46,986 nt of DNA from Nitrosopumilus sp. (GTDB taxonomy: Archaea > Thermoproteota > Nitrososphaeria > Nitrososphaerales > Nitrosopumilaceae): NCBI GenBank assembly GCA_028439805.1, contig JAMHKW010000001.1, positions 6,711 through 53,696 on the forward strand, written 5' to 3'. The translations under genes were made by a program, and so were the position numbers. Below are positions 1-9,468 of the stretch, piece after piece. The notes beneath the pieces are model-generated. The model did not search any database. It had not been told where the DNA came from and saw nothing but the letters and a program-made list of their open reading frames with translations. Numbering within the stretch: the first letter of the stretch is position 1; each line of letters opens with the position of its first letter.

Positions 1-62
1 AAGTGATTTTCTAATTGAAGAATCTTGTAACAATTCTGTTATTATTTGGCAGCACTTGTTTT

Positions 63-212
63 TTAGTCATTATCTTTTTCATCTGTATTTTTATTTTTAG
101 GCTTATCCCACAAATGCATAGTGCCTCGAATCATAAAAGAACCAACTATTATGGCAATTAATCCCCCAACAATAAACAAAAAGAACCTTCCAACATCTTT
201 GATACTTGCCAA
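63..212 (-). CDS. Small single-pass membrane protein (49 aa), not in the ORF track
   Basis: Manual translation TTG..TAA gives MASIKDVGRFFLFIVGGLIAIIVGSFMIRGTMHLWDKPKNKNTDEKDND, with one hydrophobic helix and a charged tail. Confidence 0.6.
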   Translation of the reverse strand: MASIKDVGRFFLFIVGGLIAIIVGSFMIRGTMHLWDKPKNKNTDEKDND

Positions 213-296
213 TATTATCCATTAACTACAGTCTAATTATAATTGTCTGGAAAATTCAATTAGATTCAATAATGAGTTTAGGTAATTTTCTTTGTA

Positions 297-395
297 ATGT
301 CTAAAATTAAACAAATTGCTGCTTGGATTGGAATTATTGGAGGGATGATTGCATTTTTCTTCTTGTCGCAATTTATGGTAGATGTTATGCGATAA
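297..395 (+). CDS. Small membrane peptide (32 aa), not in the ORF track
   Basis: ATG..TAA gives MSKIKQIAAWIGIIGGMIAFFFLSQFMVDVMR: basic N-terminus plus one TM helix; fills an otherwise empty gap. Confidence 0.55.
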   Translation: MSKIKQIAAWIGIIGGMIAFFFLSQFMVDVMR

Positions 396-441
396 TTTTG
401 AAAACTAAATAGATTGTATTAATTCCTAATAACAATTAATC

Positions 442-882
442 ATGATTACACAAGAAATTAAAGACTTTTTGACTCTTCACAAACTTGGTTATGTGGCAAC
501 TGTTGCTGCTGATGGCAAACCAAATCTTTCTCCAAAAGGAACAATCATTGGTTGGACATCTGATGTGTTGGCCTTTGCAGATATTCGTTCTCCTGACACA
601 ATGAATAATTTGCAAAACAATCCTTATGTGGAAATTAATGTAATTGATCCTCTTTTACGTAAAGGCTACTTATTCCAAGGTAAAACTAGAATTATTAATG
701 ATGGTTCCCTCTATGATGAGATTCTAAATTATTTTAGAAAAAATGGAATCAAGAGTCCAATTAATTCAATTGTATTAGTCGATGTATCAAAAGTATCTGA
801 AGTAACTTCCCCATTATATGATCTGGGGGTCTCAGAACAAGAGATAAAATCAAAATGGAAAAAACATTTTGAAAGTTTGTGA
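442..882 (+). CDS. Pyridoxamine 5'-phosphate oxidase-like (split-barrel flavin/F420-binding) protein
   Basis: YVATVAADGKPNLSPKG and TMNNLQNNPYVEI motifs typical of the PNPOx-like family. Confidence 0.85.
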   Translation: MITQEIKDFLTLHKLGYVATVAADGKPNLSPKGTIIGWTSDVLAFADIRSPDTMNNLQNNPYVEINVIDPLLRKGYLFQGKTRIINDGSLYDEILNYFRKNGIKSPINSIVLVDVSKVSEVTSPLYDLGVSEQEIKSKWKKHFESL

Positions 883-891
883 CTATTTTAA

Positions 892-1650
892 TTATTTTGA
901 TTTGAATTTTTCTAATTCCATTTTAGTTCTTTCATGTTCATCTCTTTCTTGTTCTAAAAGTAATTGAATTGCTTCAAGTTCTTTTTGTGCCATGTTGAGT
1001 TTTGACTTTAATGATCCTACAACTACACTTGCAGCCTCAATTACGCCTTCAGAACTTTTTTGATTTGAACCCTTTCCTTCAATAAATTCTCTTTCTTTAG
1101 GCGTTAAGACATTTGTATCTTGAAAATTGTCTTTTTTCTCTAATTCTTGTTTTGCATTGTATAATCTGATTCTTGCTTCATCTAATTCCTTTTGATATTC
1201 TATCTGTTGGTTTTTAGTACCATGAAGTGTAAATTGTGCTTGTTCAATTTGTTTTTTAGTACGATCATATTCTTTTGTTGTTTCATCTAACTCTTCTTTC
1301 ATTTTTGTAAGGCTTGCTTCAGTTTTTTTAAAATCATTAATTGATTTTGAATCTTTAATTTCTATGGATTTTTTATTTCTTTCATCAATTTTTCTAGATT
1401 CTATTTTTACTACATCTAATTCCATCTTTTTTTGATTTAATTCTTTTTTAACTGACATTAGATTGCCCACTATGTCATTATATTCTTCTTTTACGGTCTG
1501 AATTTTTTGTATGATATTATCAAATTCTTCTTGTTTTGTTTTAATTTCGTTTTGAATATCTTCATCTTCTAATACAACTTCTAATGTGGATTCTTCCTTT
1601 TCAGAAATTAATTCATCTACTTTTTTCTTAGTAAAAAATCCCATATCCAT
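892..1650 (-). CDS. Coiled-coil hypothetical protein
   Basis: 252 aa, E/K/Q/L-rich heptad-like composition, no catalytic motif seen. Confidence 0.75.
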   Translation of the reverse strand: MDMGFFTKKKVDELISEKEESTLEVVLEDEDIQNEIKTKQEEFDNIIQKIQTVKEEYNDIVGNLMSVKKELNQKKMELDVVKIESRKIDERNKKSIEIKDSKSINDFKKTEASLTKMKEELDETTKEYDRTKKQIEQAQFTLHGTKNQQIEYQKELDEARIRLYNAKQELEKKDNFQDTNVLTPKEREFIEGKGSNQKSSEGVIEAASVVVGSLKSKLNMAQKELEAIQLLLEQERDEHERTKMELEKFKSK

Positions 1651-1680
1651 AACCGATATTCCTAAAAGATGAATCTTTCT

Positions 1681-1881
1681 TTATTCTTGCTTAATGCGTC
1701 CTCTAAAAAATTTCAGATAAAATCCAATACTACCAATAATAATTCCTCCAATCAGAGACATTGTGCCTAGTTCTGGCATTTTTGGATAGATATTTGGTGC
1801 AAGAAATAACAACAATGCCCCTAAAATTATCAAGGCAAATCCACCGTTATTTTTTGCTCTGTTATGTTCTGAGTGAACCAT
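1681..1881 (-). CDS. Small two-TM membrane protein
   Basis: Two hydrophobic segments; starts 2 nt after the lysS stop. Confidence 0.7.
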   Translation of the reverse strand: MVHSEHNRAKNNGGFALIILGALLLFLAPNIYPKMPELGTMSLIGGIIIGSIGFYLKFFRGRIKQE

Positions 1882-1883
1882 AG

Positions 1884-3473
1884 TTATGCATACTCTGAAA
1901 GTGTCTTTGCTACTTGTTTTCTTCCAATATCTGATATGAAAGGCCCTATCTTAGGACCCCTTGATGTTCCAAGAATTATTTGATATAATATTTTAAAGAA
2001 ATCTTTTGGTTGTACATCATTTGATTTTGCAATTTGATAAATTGTATTTTGAATATCTTCTGGATCTTCTTCTGCCCCCAATACCTCTACAAGTATTTGT
2101 AATGCTTTTTTTGTAGAATCATCTATTTCTACTTGTATTTTTTCTTGTTGATCGAATTCATCTGAAAAGTTTCCTGCAATTTTGATGAGTTTTTCAATTT
2201 CTGGTTCAGGATTTTTAATTACTCCGTAATCTACTAATTTTTTCATTACTCTTTCTTCTCTGTCTTCTTTGAAGATTTTTGATAATTCAACTAATAGTCT
2301 ATAGTTAACATGTGTGCTTGATTGTTTTGGGGAGTCAAGTAGGTTAACATATTCATAGAGGCCTTTTAATTTTGTCAGTTTTGCTTGATTATCTATTTTT
2401 ATTCTTCCAAAGTAAACATCTTCTAATTCATTATACTCATTCATCAAAGATGGAATATCTTCAAATCCTAGTTCTCGTGCACCTGTAATTCTTTTGTATA
2501 GTAATAATAAAATTGATTTTGGACTGCCAAACTCTAACCATTTTTGTGCAGTGATTATATTTCCTAATGATTTTGAAATCTTTTTTCCTCCTTTGTCTAA
2601 GAACATTTCATATTTTACATGATGTGGATGTGGAAATCCTAAAATCTCATCTGATACCCAATCATTGACTTTAACAGAATCCATGATGTCTTTTCCATAC
2701 GCTTCAAATCTGATGTCAAATGCTGACCATCTTGCTGCAAACTCTACTTTCCAGGCTAATTTTCCAAGATCTTTTGTAATATCTGCCTCTCCTTCATGAC
2801 CACATCCTTTGATCATTTTTGAGCTAATTTCGGCATCATGGCATCTGTACTTTACCTTCTTCTCATCTGCAATGTATTCAGTGGATTCTGCTGTGTATAA
2901 TCGACTACAATTAGCACAAACTGGAAAATATGGTAGATATTTTTGATATTTTTCTTGCCCAACAAGTTCTGAAATCTTCTCTCCAATCTTTGTACTGTTT
3001 TGCAAAATTGTGTGGATTTGGTCTTTTAGTAATCCTTGTTTGTAAGTATCCACTGCTCTTCTAAATTCATATTTTATTCCAACTCTATCTAACCCATCTA
3101 GTAAAATATTGCTCATATGCATGCCGTACGAGTCATGACATCCATAAGGATCTGGAATTAATGATACTGGTTTTGCAATGTGTTCTTCTAAATAAAATTC
3201 TTGCATGCCTTCTGGAATTTTTCTTAATCCATCTAGATCATCTGAATATGCAATTAGTTCTGATTTGCATCCCAAATTTTCTAATGCTAATTTGACACCA
3301 TATGCTCTTACTGCATCACCTAAACTTCCAATGTGTGGTATCCCTGATGCACCAAGACCACTTTCCACTCTTAGAAGATCTGTATTTCTTCCTAGTGTTT
3401 TTTCACGTTCAAGTAATTCTGAAGCTAATTTATCTATCCAAGTTCCTTTACCGATAATTTCTTGTTCTGACAT
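1884..3473 (-). CDS. lysS: Lysyl-tRNA synthetase, class I
   Basis: SG-x-PHIGS (HIGH-like) and KISKS (KMSKS-like) motifs, CxxC Zn ligands, GKLAWKVEFAARW, C-terminal GPKIGPFI. Confidence 0.97.
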   Translation of the reverse strand: MSEQEIIGKGTWIDKLASELLEREKTLGRNTDLLRVESGLGASGIPHIGSLGDAVRAYGVKLALENLGCKSELIAYSDDLDGLRKIPEGMQEFYLEEHIAKPVSLIPDPYGCHDSYGMHMSNILLDGLDRVGIKYEFRRAVDTYKQGLLKDQIHTILQNSTKIGEKISELVGQEKYQKYLPYFPVCANCSRLYTAESTEYIADEKKVKYRCHDAEISSKMIKGCGHEGEADITKDLGKLAWKVEFAARWSAFDIRFEAYGKDIMDSVKVNDWVSDEILGFPHPHHVKYEMFLDKGGKKISKSLGNIITAQKWLEFGSPKSILLLLYKRITGARELGFEDIPSLMNEYNELEDVYFGRIKIDNQAKLTKLKGLYEYVNLLDSPKQSSTHVNYRLLVELSKIFKEDREERVMKKLVDYGVIKNPEPEIEKLIKIAGNFSDEFDQQEKIQVEIDDSTKKALQILVEVLGAEEDPEDIQNTIYQIAKSNDVQPKDFFKILYQIILGTSRGPKIGPFISDIGRKQVAKTLSEYA

Positions 3474-3482
3474 TTCTTTTTC

Positions 3483-5066
3483 CTAGTTCAATGTTTTGGA
3501 CATGTATGGCCCATATAACGAATACCCTAACTTTTGATAATATTCTCTTGTGCCAACTGCACTAATTACTAAAATTTTCTTTGCATCAAATTCTTCACTT
3601 GAAATTTTTTCTGCTTCTTTCATCAAATTCTTTCCTAAACCTGAGTGCTGTATTTCAGACTCTTCTTTTTCTCCAAGTTTTAATGATTTTCCATAGACAT
3701 GAATCTCTCTTACAATACATGTGTCTTTGACTTCATCTCTGTGAGCATTAATACTTGGTTTTCGTAATCTCAAAAATCCATAAATTGATTCATTTTTGTC
3801 CTCATAAGACAAGAATACTTCTTTTCCTCCTGAGGAATCATAATCTATTCTGTTTAATTTTACATCCCCTCCATCTGATTTTTTGTTAGAGCGACCTGCT
3901 TCTCTACATCTAATACATTTGCACGAGAGACCTTGTTTGGATAAGTTTTGATGAACAATCTGTCTTAGATTCCCTGATTTTGGCCCTGCAATGATCTCTT
4001 TTGGTGAAATCTCCCTTTGTACACGCATGATTCTGACCCATTTTGGCACATTCTTTTTTGCTTCCACTAATACTTTTATCATGTCTTCATCAGAATATGG
4101 GATATATTTTCCTTGTTTGTATTCTTCATACAATGGTGTGTTTTCAATTACTAATGATGGATAAATTTTCAACATGTCTGGACGTAACTGTGAATCTGAA
4201 AACAGTTTTTTAAAATCAGCAATGTCTCCTTCTGGTGTCATTGTAGGTAAACCTGGCATCATATGTGCTACAATTTTGTAACCTGCATCTTTTGAAATTT
4301 GAAATGATTCAGTTACATCATTATAATCATGACCTCTGTTGACTATTTTGTAAACTCGTTCTTGTAATGATTGAACCCCAATCTCTACTCTTGTAATTCC
4401 ATAACTTAACATTAAATCGACATGTTCTTTTTTACAATAATCTGGTTTTGTTTCAATTGTAAATCCTACATTTCTAATTAATGCATGTTCATTAATTGAT
4501 TTAGCTTCTTGCAAATCTTTTGAGTCTATTCCATTTAGTGCATCATAACATGATTTGATAAAATTTTCTTGATAATCTTTTGGCATAAAAAGAAATGTAC
4601 CTCCTACAATTACTATCTCCATTTTAGTTGGATCATGTCCAAATGCAATTAACTTTTCAATTTTTGATGTAATTTGTAATTTAGGATCAAATTCATTTTC
4701 TATTGCGTTAAGTGAAGATGGCTCTTTTCCCGTGTAGCTGTTTGGCGAATTAAATTCAATTCCTCCTGGACAATATGTACATCTTCCATGTGGGCATGCA
4801 TATGGTTTTGGCATTAATGCAACTACTGCTACTCCTGATGCTGTTTTCATTGGCTTTCGCAACAAAACTTTTCGTAGTTTATCAAAATCTGATTCTTTTG
4901 CCATTGATAGAATTTCATAATTTTTAGGTATACTTTCAAGTGCATATTTGGCACAAATTTTTCTGATTTCTTCTTTTACTCGTTTTTTACTAGGCTCATT
5001 AATTGTTAGTAAATTCTGAGTAATTTCATTACACGCTTTCGAAACAGTAGCATCTAACTTGTTCAT
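3483..5066 (-). CDS. elp3: Elp3 tRNA U34 carboxymethyltransferase (radical SAM + GNAT)
   Basis: KTASGVAVVA, CPHGRCTYCPGG cluster motif, KIYP, C-terminal REIHVYG / QHSGLG / ISAVGTREYY GNAT motifs. Confidence 0.96.
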   Translation of the reverse strand: MNKLDATVSKACNEITQNLLTINEPSKKRVKEEIRKICAKYALESIPKNYEILSMAKESDFDKLRKVLLRKPMKTASGVAVVALMPKPYACPHGRCTYCPGGIEFNSPNSYTGKEPSSLNAIENEFDPKLQITSKIEKLIAFGHDPTKMEIVIVGGTFLFMPKDYQENFIKSCYDALNGIDSKDLQEAKSINEHALIRNVGFTIETKPDYCKKEHVDLMLSYGITRVEIGVQSLQERVYKIVNRGHDYNDVTESFQISKDAGYKIVAHMMPGLPTMTPEGDIADFKKLFSDSQLRPDMLKIYPSLVIENTPLYEEYKQGKYIPYSDEDMIKVLVEAKKNVPKWVRIMRVQREISPKEIIAGPKSGNLRQIVHQNLSKQGLSCKCIRCREAGRSNKKSDGGDVKLNRIDYDSSGGKEVFLSYEDKNESIYGFLRLRKPSINAHRDEVKDTCIVREIHVYGKSLKLGEKEESEIQHSGLGKNLMKEAEKISSEEFDAKKILVISAVGTREYYQKLGYSLYGPYMSKTLN

Positions 5067-5123
5067 GGATACTCAAACTAATTTGGACATAAATTCGTTA
5101 AATAATTTGGCTAATCTGTAAAC

Positions 5124-5408
5124 CTATCTTCGTCTCTTTTTAGCTATTTTTCTCTTTGGAGCAGCTCTACGTTTAGCTATTTTTCTCTTTGGAGCAGCTC
5201 TACGTTTAGCTATTTTTCTCTTTGGAGCAGCTCTACGTTTAGCTGTTTTTCTCTTTGGAGCAGCTCTACGTTTAGCTGTTTTTCTCTTTGTTGATTTTCT
5301 TACAATACTTTTTTTAATAATTTTTAATTCGTTTAATTCTCCTTGAATTCTTTTGATCTCTGCACGCACATTTTCTTTGAATGCATCATTGTTTGTTTCT
5401 GCTGACAT
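5124..5408 (-). CDS. Very basic repeat protein (histone H1/protamine-like composition)
   Basis: Short N-terminal amphipathic helix followed by (KRRAAPKRK[T/I]A)n repeats. Confidence 0.75.
   Translation of the reverse strand: MSAETNNDAFKENVRAEIKRIQGELNELKIIKKSIVRKSTKRKTAKRRAAPKRKTAKRRAAPKRKIAKRRAAPKRKIAKRRAAPKRKIAKKRRR
5139..5290. repeat. 33-bp tandem repeat, 4 full copies plus 1 partial, in frame in the basic protein
   Basis: Unit tttagctRtttttctctttggagcagctctacg at 5139, 5172, 5205 and 5238, partial at 5271; the copies differ only at one a/g position. Confidence 0.97.
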
Positions 5409-5663
5409 TTCTTATCGTTTCACTTTTTTTGTATGATTTAAGACTTCGTAGTTAGAGTAGATTGACTAAATTATTACTAGAAATTCAAAAATTGTAATGA
5501 TTCTATACTTTGTATAAAAGATGTTTTAAATTCCATAAGGGCCATTATATATTCATTTTTTATCCCTGATGAGATTAGGTGTTCTTATTGTCAAATAAGA
5601 CTAAGAGTAAAACCTAAAACAAAAAAGAGATATTTAAGACATGGGTGTAAATTACAGTAAATT

Positions 5664-6125
5664 ATGTATGAAAAAATTTTAGTCCCTCATGCCGGTACTC
5701 CTGCAGGAGATAAAGCACTCAGACATGCAGTACATATTGCAAAATTTGAATCATCTGAAATTTTGATTTTACATATAACTGAGGCTTTACAAAGACCCCC
5801 AATGTTTGCATTATCTGGAACAGAAAGTAAAGTACTATTAAATGAATTTAAAAAAGCTGCAAAACAATCTGTAATCAATAGAGCAAAAGAAATGGAGAAA
5901 AAAATTCAACATTATAAATCACAAAATATCAATATCAAATACAAAGTTGTAACAGGATATGCTGATGAAGTAATAACAAAGTATGTTAAAACTCATAAAT
6001 TTGATCTTATCATTATGGCAAAAAGAAAAAAACTATCGGGAGTTAAGAGACTTTTGTCACTTGGGAGTGTTTCAAGAAAAATTGTTGAAATTGGGAAATG
6101 TCCAGTTTTACTAATTGATGCTTGA
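5664..6125 (+). CDS. Universal stress protein (UspA family)
   Basis: MYEKILVP start, DLIIMA...LGSVSRKIV..KCPVLLI end. Confidence 0.93.
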   Translation: MYEKILVPHAGTPAGDKALRHAVHIAKFESSEILILHITEALQRPPMFALSGTESKVLLNEFKKAAKQSVINRAKEMEKKIQHYKSQNINIKYKVVTGYADEVITKYVKTHKFDLIIMAKRKKLSGVKRLLSLGSVSRKIVEIGKCPVLLIDA

Positions 6126-6194
6126 CTTGTCCCAAAAGTGATCTTTAGAATAAAAGAATTAATTTTTATACAATATATGGGCTCATAAAAGCTC

Positions 6195-6629
6195 TTGAAA
6201 TTTGAAAATATACTTGTGATATTTATCACTCTTGAACATACTGAGCATACTTATGATGTCGCATTTGAGTTGGCAAAAAAATTTAACTCAAAAATTACAT
6301 TTCTAAAATGCGTAATAGAGTCTCATCCAACATTTGGGTTCTTTCGTACAAAAAAAGAAAAGGAATCTCACAAAAAAGAATTACAGGAGGCAGAAAAATC
6401 ACTACATGAAATAGAAGATCTTGCAAAAAAGTTTGATGTATCAATTAACACTCTAGTTGAATCAGTTGAGTCTTTTCCAGATTTCCTAGTTTCATATGTT
6501 GAGGAAAACCATCCTGATCTTTTAATCATCGATTCTCATAGTCTTGATGAAGTAGAACATCAAGATCACAAAGTAACAATACATAAAATATTTCAAGAAA
6601 TTTCTTGTCCATTATTAACACTAAAATAA
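6195..6629 (+). CDS. Universal stress protein (UspA family, divergent)
   Basis: FENILV start, ELAKKFNSKITFL, PDLLII, ISCPLLTLK end; the Gly-rich ATP-binding motif is absent. Confidence 0.85.
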   Translation: MKFENILVIFITLEHTEHTYDVAFELAKKFNSKITFLKCVIESHPTFGFFRTKKEKESHKKELQEAEKSLHEIEDLAKKFDVSINTLVESVESFPDFLVSYVEENHPDLLIIDSHSLDEVEHQDHKVTIHKIFQEISCPLLTLK

Positions 6630-6694
6630 TTAAAAATGTCTTGAACTAATACAGAGATCTTTTGATGGTTAAGTTTTCATTTAACAATAAACAA

Positions 6695-6904
6695 CTATTC
6701 ATTTTTTGGTTTGAATCTATCTTTGTAAAATAAACCAAAACTTGCCATAAATGCAATAATCATAGCAATTCCTGAAATATACGCATAACTAAATCCAATT
6801 ACAGAATGATTTTCTTCATAATAATTAGAGATAAAATAAGTAATGACAAGAAGAATAATACCAACTATTGTGAGTTTTTGATGGTTTTGTAACAATTTAC
6901 TCAT
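6695..6904 (-). CDS. Small two-TM membrane protein
   Basis: Two hydrophobic helices; starts 1 nt after the antiporter stop. Confidence 0.7.
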   Translation of the reverse strand: MSKLLQNHQKLTIVGIILLVITYFISNYYEENHSVIGFSYAYISGIAMIIAFMASFGLFYKDRFKPKNE

Positions 6905-6905
6905 A

Positions 6906-8228
6906 TTATTTTACATCTAAAATATCGAGCACCTTATCTATTTTTTTATCAATCTTACTAACATGGGCATCATCTGAACTATTGTTATCTGAATTATCTT
7001 TTTGAATAGAGTTATCTTCTCCATCTTTTCTCTCATTGCGATATTCTAACTTCAACCAAATTGGTGTGATGATTGTAGTAGCAGCTACCATGATTACAAT
7101 TGTAGAATATACATCACTAGTTAGAACTCCTGAAGAAATTCCAACTCCTGCAACAATTAATCCAACTTCTCCTCTTGAAATCATACCTATTCCTACTCGC
7201 ATTCCTTGACGCTTGTTTTTTAGGAATAACCATGCAGGTAATCCGCAACCAAAGTATTTTGTTACTACTGCAATTGCTATTACAACTCCACTTAACAAAA
7301 GGATTTCAAGATTCACTGCTCTAAAATCTACCTGAGCTCCAATTATTGCAAAGAATAATGGTGCAAAGATTAATCCAATCATGCCAATGTAGTGTTCAAT
7401 TTTATCAAGTACTTTGGATGTGGATAACGCCATACCTACTGCAAATGCTCCTACAATTGGTGATAACCCTATGGTGCCAGCTATCGCAGCAGCTCCAAAA
7501 AACGAGGCAGTTACCATGCCTTCTACACTTCCTTTAGCTTTCCATAATCTGGGTGTAATTATTTTTGGAATAACTACTACTGATGCAATTAGCATAATTC
7601 CAAAGAATCCTAAGATCTTTAGTATGGTTATTGTTACATCCATGATGTTCACCTGGTCTATTCCACCTTCACCTGTCGCAAGTGATGACACTACCGAAAG
7701 AATTGCAATTGCAAGAATATCATCCACTACTGCAGCACCTATGATTAACCGAGCTTCAGCTGTTTTGAGTTTACCAAATTCACTTAACACTTGAACTGAG
7801 ATTGCAATACTGGTGGCTGTCAGGGCAGTTGCAATCATCATTGATTGTAATGCATCAAACCCAAACATTTGAAACACCACTAATCCTGCAAAGAACGGAA
7901 CGACTACTCCTAATGTTCCGACTGTAAATGATGCTTTTCCTCCTCGCAAGAATTCTCTTGGTGTCATTTCAAGTCCAGCTATAAACAAAATTACAATGGC
8001 GCCAATTTCGCCAAGAACTTTAATTTCACTACCAATTGTAAGAAGTGGTTTCTCATCAAACACTAAAAGAGATCCTAGTGCAAATGGTCCAATGATCATT
8101 CCAGCTAACAACTCTCCTAACACTATTGGAAGCTTAAATCTCGAGAAGAGTTCTGCCATAAGTTTTGCAGCAACGAGTAGAACCCCTACTCCAATGATTA
8201 TCTCAATAAAATTTCCCTCTGCTGTCAT
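6906..8228 (-). CDS. Cation:proton antiporter (CPA2 / NapA-like)
   Basis: About 12-13 TM helices, LGELLAGMIIGP, ATSIAIS, GAAVVDD, MISRGEVGL. Confidence 0.94.
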   Translation of the reverse strand: MTAEGNFIEIIIGVGVLLVAAKLMAELFSRFKLPIVLGELLAGMIIGPFALGSLLVFDEKPLLTIGSEIKVLGEIGAIVILFIAGLEMTPREFLRGGKASFTVGTLGVVVPFFAGLVVFQMFGFDALQSMMIATALTATSIAISVQVLSEFGKLKTAEARLIIGAAVVDDILAIAILSVVSSLATGEGGIDQVNIMDVTITILKILGFFGIMLIASVVVIPKIITPRLWKAKGSVEGMVTASFFGAAAIAGTIGLSPIVGAFAVGMALSTSKVLDKIEHYIGMIGLIFAPLFFAIIGAQVDFRAVNLEILLLSGVVIAIAVVTKYFGCGLPAWLFLKNKRQGMRVGIGMISRGEVGLIVAGVGISSGVLTSDVYSTIVIMVAATTIITPIWLKLEYRNERKDGEDNSIQKDNSDNNSSDDAHVSKIDKKIDKVLDILDVK

Positions 8229-8335
8229 TTTTCTAAATCCTTTTTGATGTGGGGTAATGTAAATAACATGATGATTGTGCCAACGAGAGTAATTCTAATT
8301 ATTGATATTGTTTTCTGCATTTTAGTTACTCCCAA
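8225..8335 (-). CDS. Small hydrophobic upstream ORF (36 aa from TTG, or 31 aa from ATG 8320), coupled to the antiporter
   Basis: MGVTKMQKTISIIRITLVGTIIMLFTLPHIKKDLEK; its TGA overlaps the antiporter ATG (ATGA); TTAAATA box at 8361-8355. Confidence 0.45.
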   Translation of the reverse strand: MGVTKMQKTISIIRITLVGTIIMLFTLPHIKKDLEK

Positions 8336-8396
8336 TTCCGACTATGCTTGAGGTTATTTAAGGCAATATCGTGTTGGAAATTATTTTATTGTTAAA

Positions 8397-9419
8397 CTAA
8401 GCTATTTTTTTAGAGTTTACAAAAACCCCTTTCTTGGAAATTACTCGTCCTATCTCCTGACTTGAAATTTTATGTTTTTTAAATATTGATTTAATTTTTG
8501 TAACCTGATCTTTTGGTGCAATCACACAAAATCCCACTCCCATATTAAATGTCTTGTACATTTCTTCTTCTTTTACTCCTTGTTCTTGAATTAGTCTCAT
8601 AATGGCCGGTATTTTTGGCAATGCATCAATTTCATATCCAATCTTTTTTAGTCGTAATAGTTTTGTAAATGATCCTCCTGTGATATGTGCTAAACCATGT
8701 ATTGTACATTTCTGATTTGCCTCTAAAACTGGTTTTACATAAATTTCTGTTGGAGCAAGTAAAGCATTTCCTAATTTTCCCGCTCCTTTGATGTTGTCTT
8801 TTACTGAATATTTTTTCAATAATGCTTTTCTTGCAAGTGTATAACCATTTGAATGAATTCCTGAACTTTTTGCACCAATTATTACATCCCCTACTTTTAT
8901 TTTATTTCCTAGAACCATCTCTTTTTTTGAAACTAGTCCTAAAACCATTCCAGCTAAATCAAATGAAAATCCCTTACCTGCAAATAAATCTGGCATAATT
9001 GCAGTCTCTCCACCTACAATTGGCACTGCTGCTTTTTTTGCACCTTTAACTAGTCCTTCAACAATTTTTTTAAATAATTTTTCATCATTTTTGTTTGCAG
9101 CAATATAATCTACAAATGAGATTGGTGTTGCACCAATGCATATTATATCATTAACATTCATTGCGATACAATCAATTCCTATGGTATCGTATTTTTTCAT
9201 CATATTTGCAATTACTACTTTGGTTCCAACACCGTCTGTATGTGTGGCTAGTAATTTTCCTCCTGGAATTTCTACAATTCCTGCATAGTGTCCAAACCCA
9301 TGAGCCATCTTTGCTTTTTTCTGTATGTTATGCGTAGATGCAATTAATTTGCCAATTGCTACTTGACTTTGTTTAATTTTAGAGATGTCTACACCTGCTT
9401 TTTTGTAGGTTAAAGCCAT
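8397..9419 (-). CDS. purM: Phosphoribosylformylglycinamidine cyclo-ligase (AIR synthetase); start corrected to 9419
   Basis: MALTYKKAGVDI start, TDGVGTK, GGETA, SSGIHSNG, AHITGG, TFNMGVG; the longer track ORF overlaps the PAC2 gene. Confidence 0.97.
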   Translation of the reverse strand: MALTYKKAGVDISKIKQSQVAIGKLIASTHNIQKKAKMAHGFGHYAGIVEIPGGKLLATHTDGVGTKVVIANMMKKYDTIGIDCIAMNVNDIICIGATPISFVDYIAANKNDEKLFKKIVEGLVKGAKKAAVPIVGGETAIMPDLFAGKGFSFDLAGMVLGLVSKKEMVLGNKIKVGDVIIGAKSSGIHSNGYTLARKALLKKYSVKDNIKGAGKLGNALLAPTEIYVKPVLEANQKCTIHGLAHITGGSFTKLLRLKKIGYEIDALPKIPAIMRLIQEQGVKEEEMYKTFNMGVGFCVIAPKDQVTKIKSIFKKHKISSQEIGRVISKKGVFVNSKKIA

Positions 9420-9468
9420 AGTTTGATGCGTATTTGCTGTGAATAAAAGAATTTGCCTGTTGTTTAGA

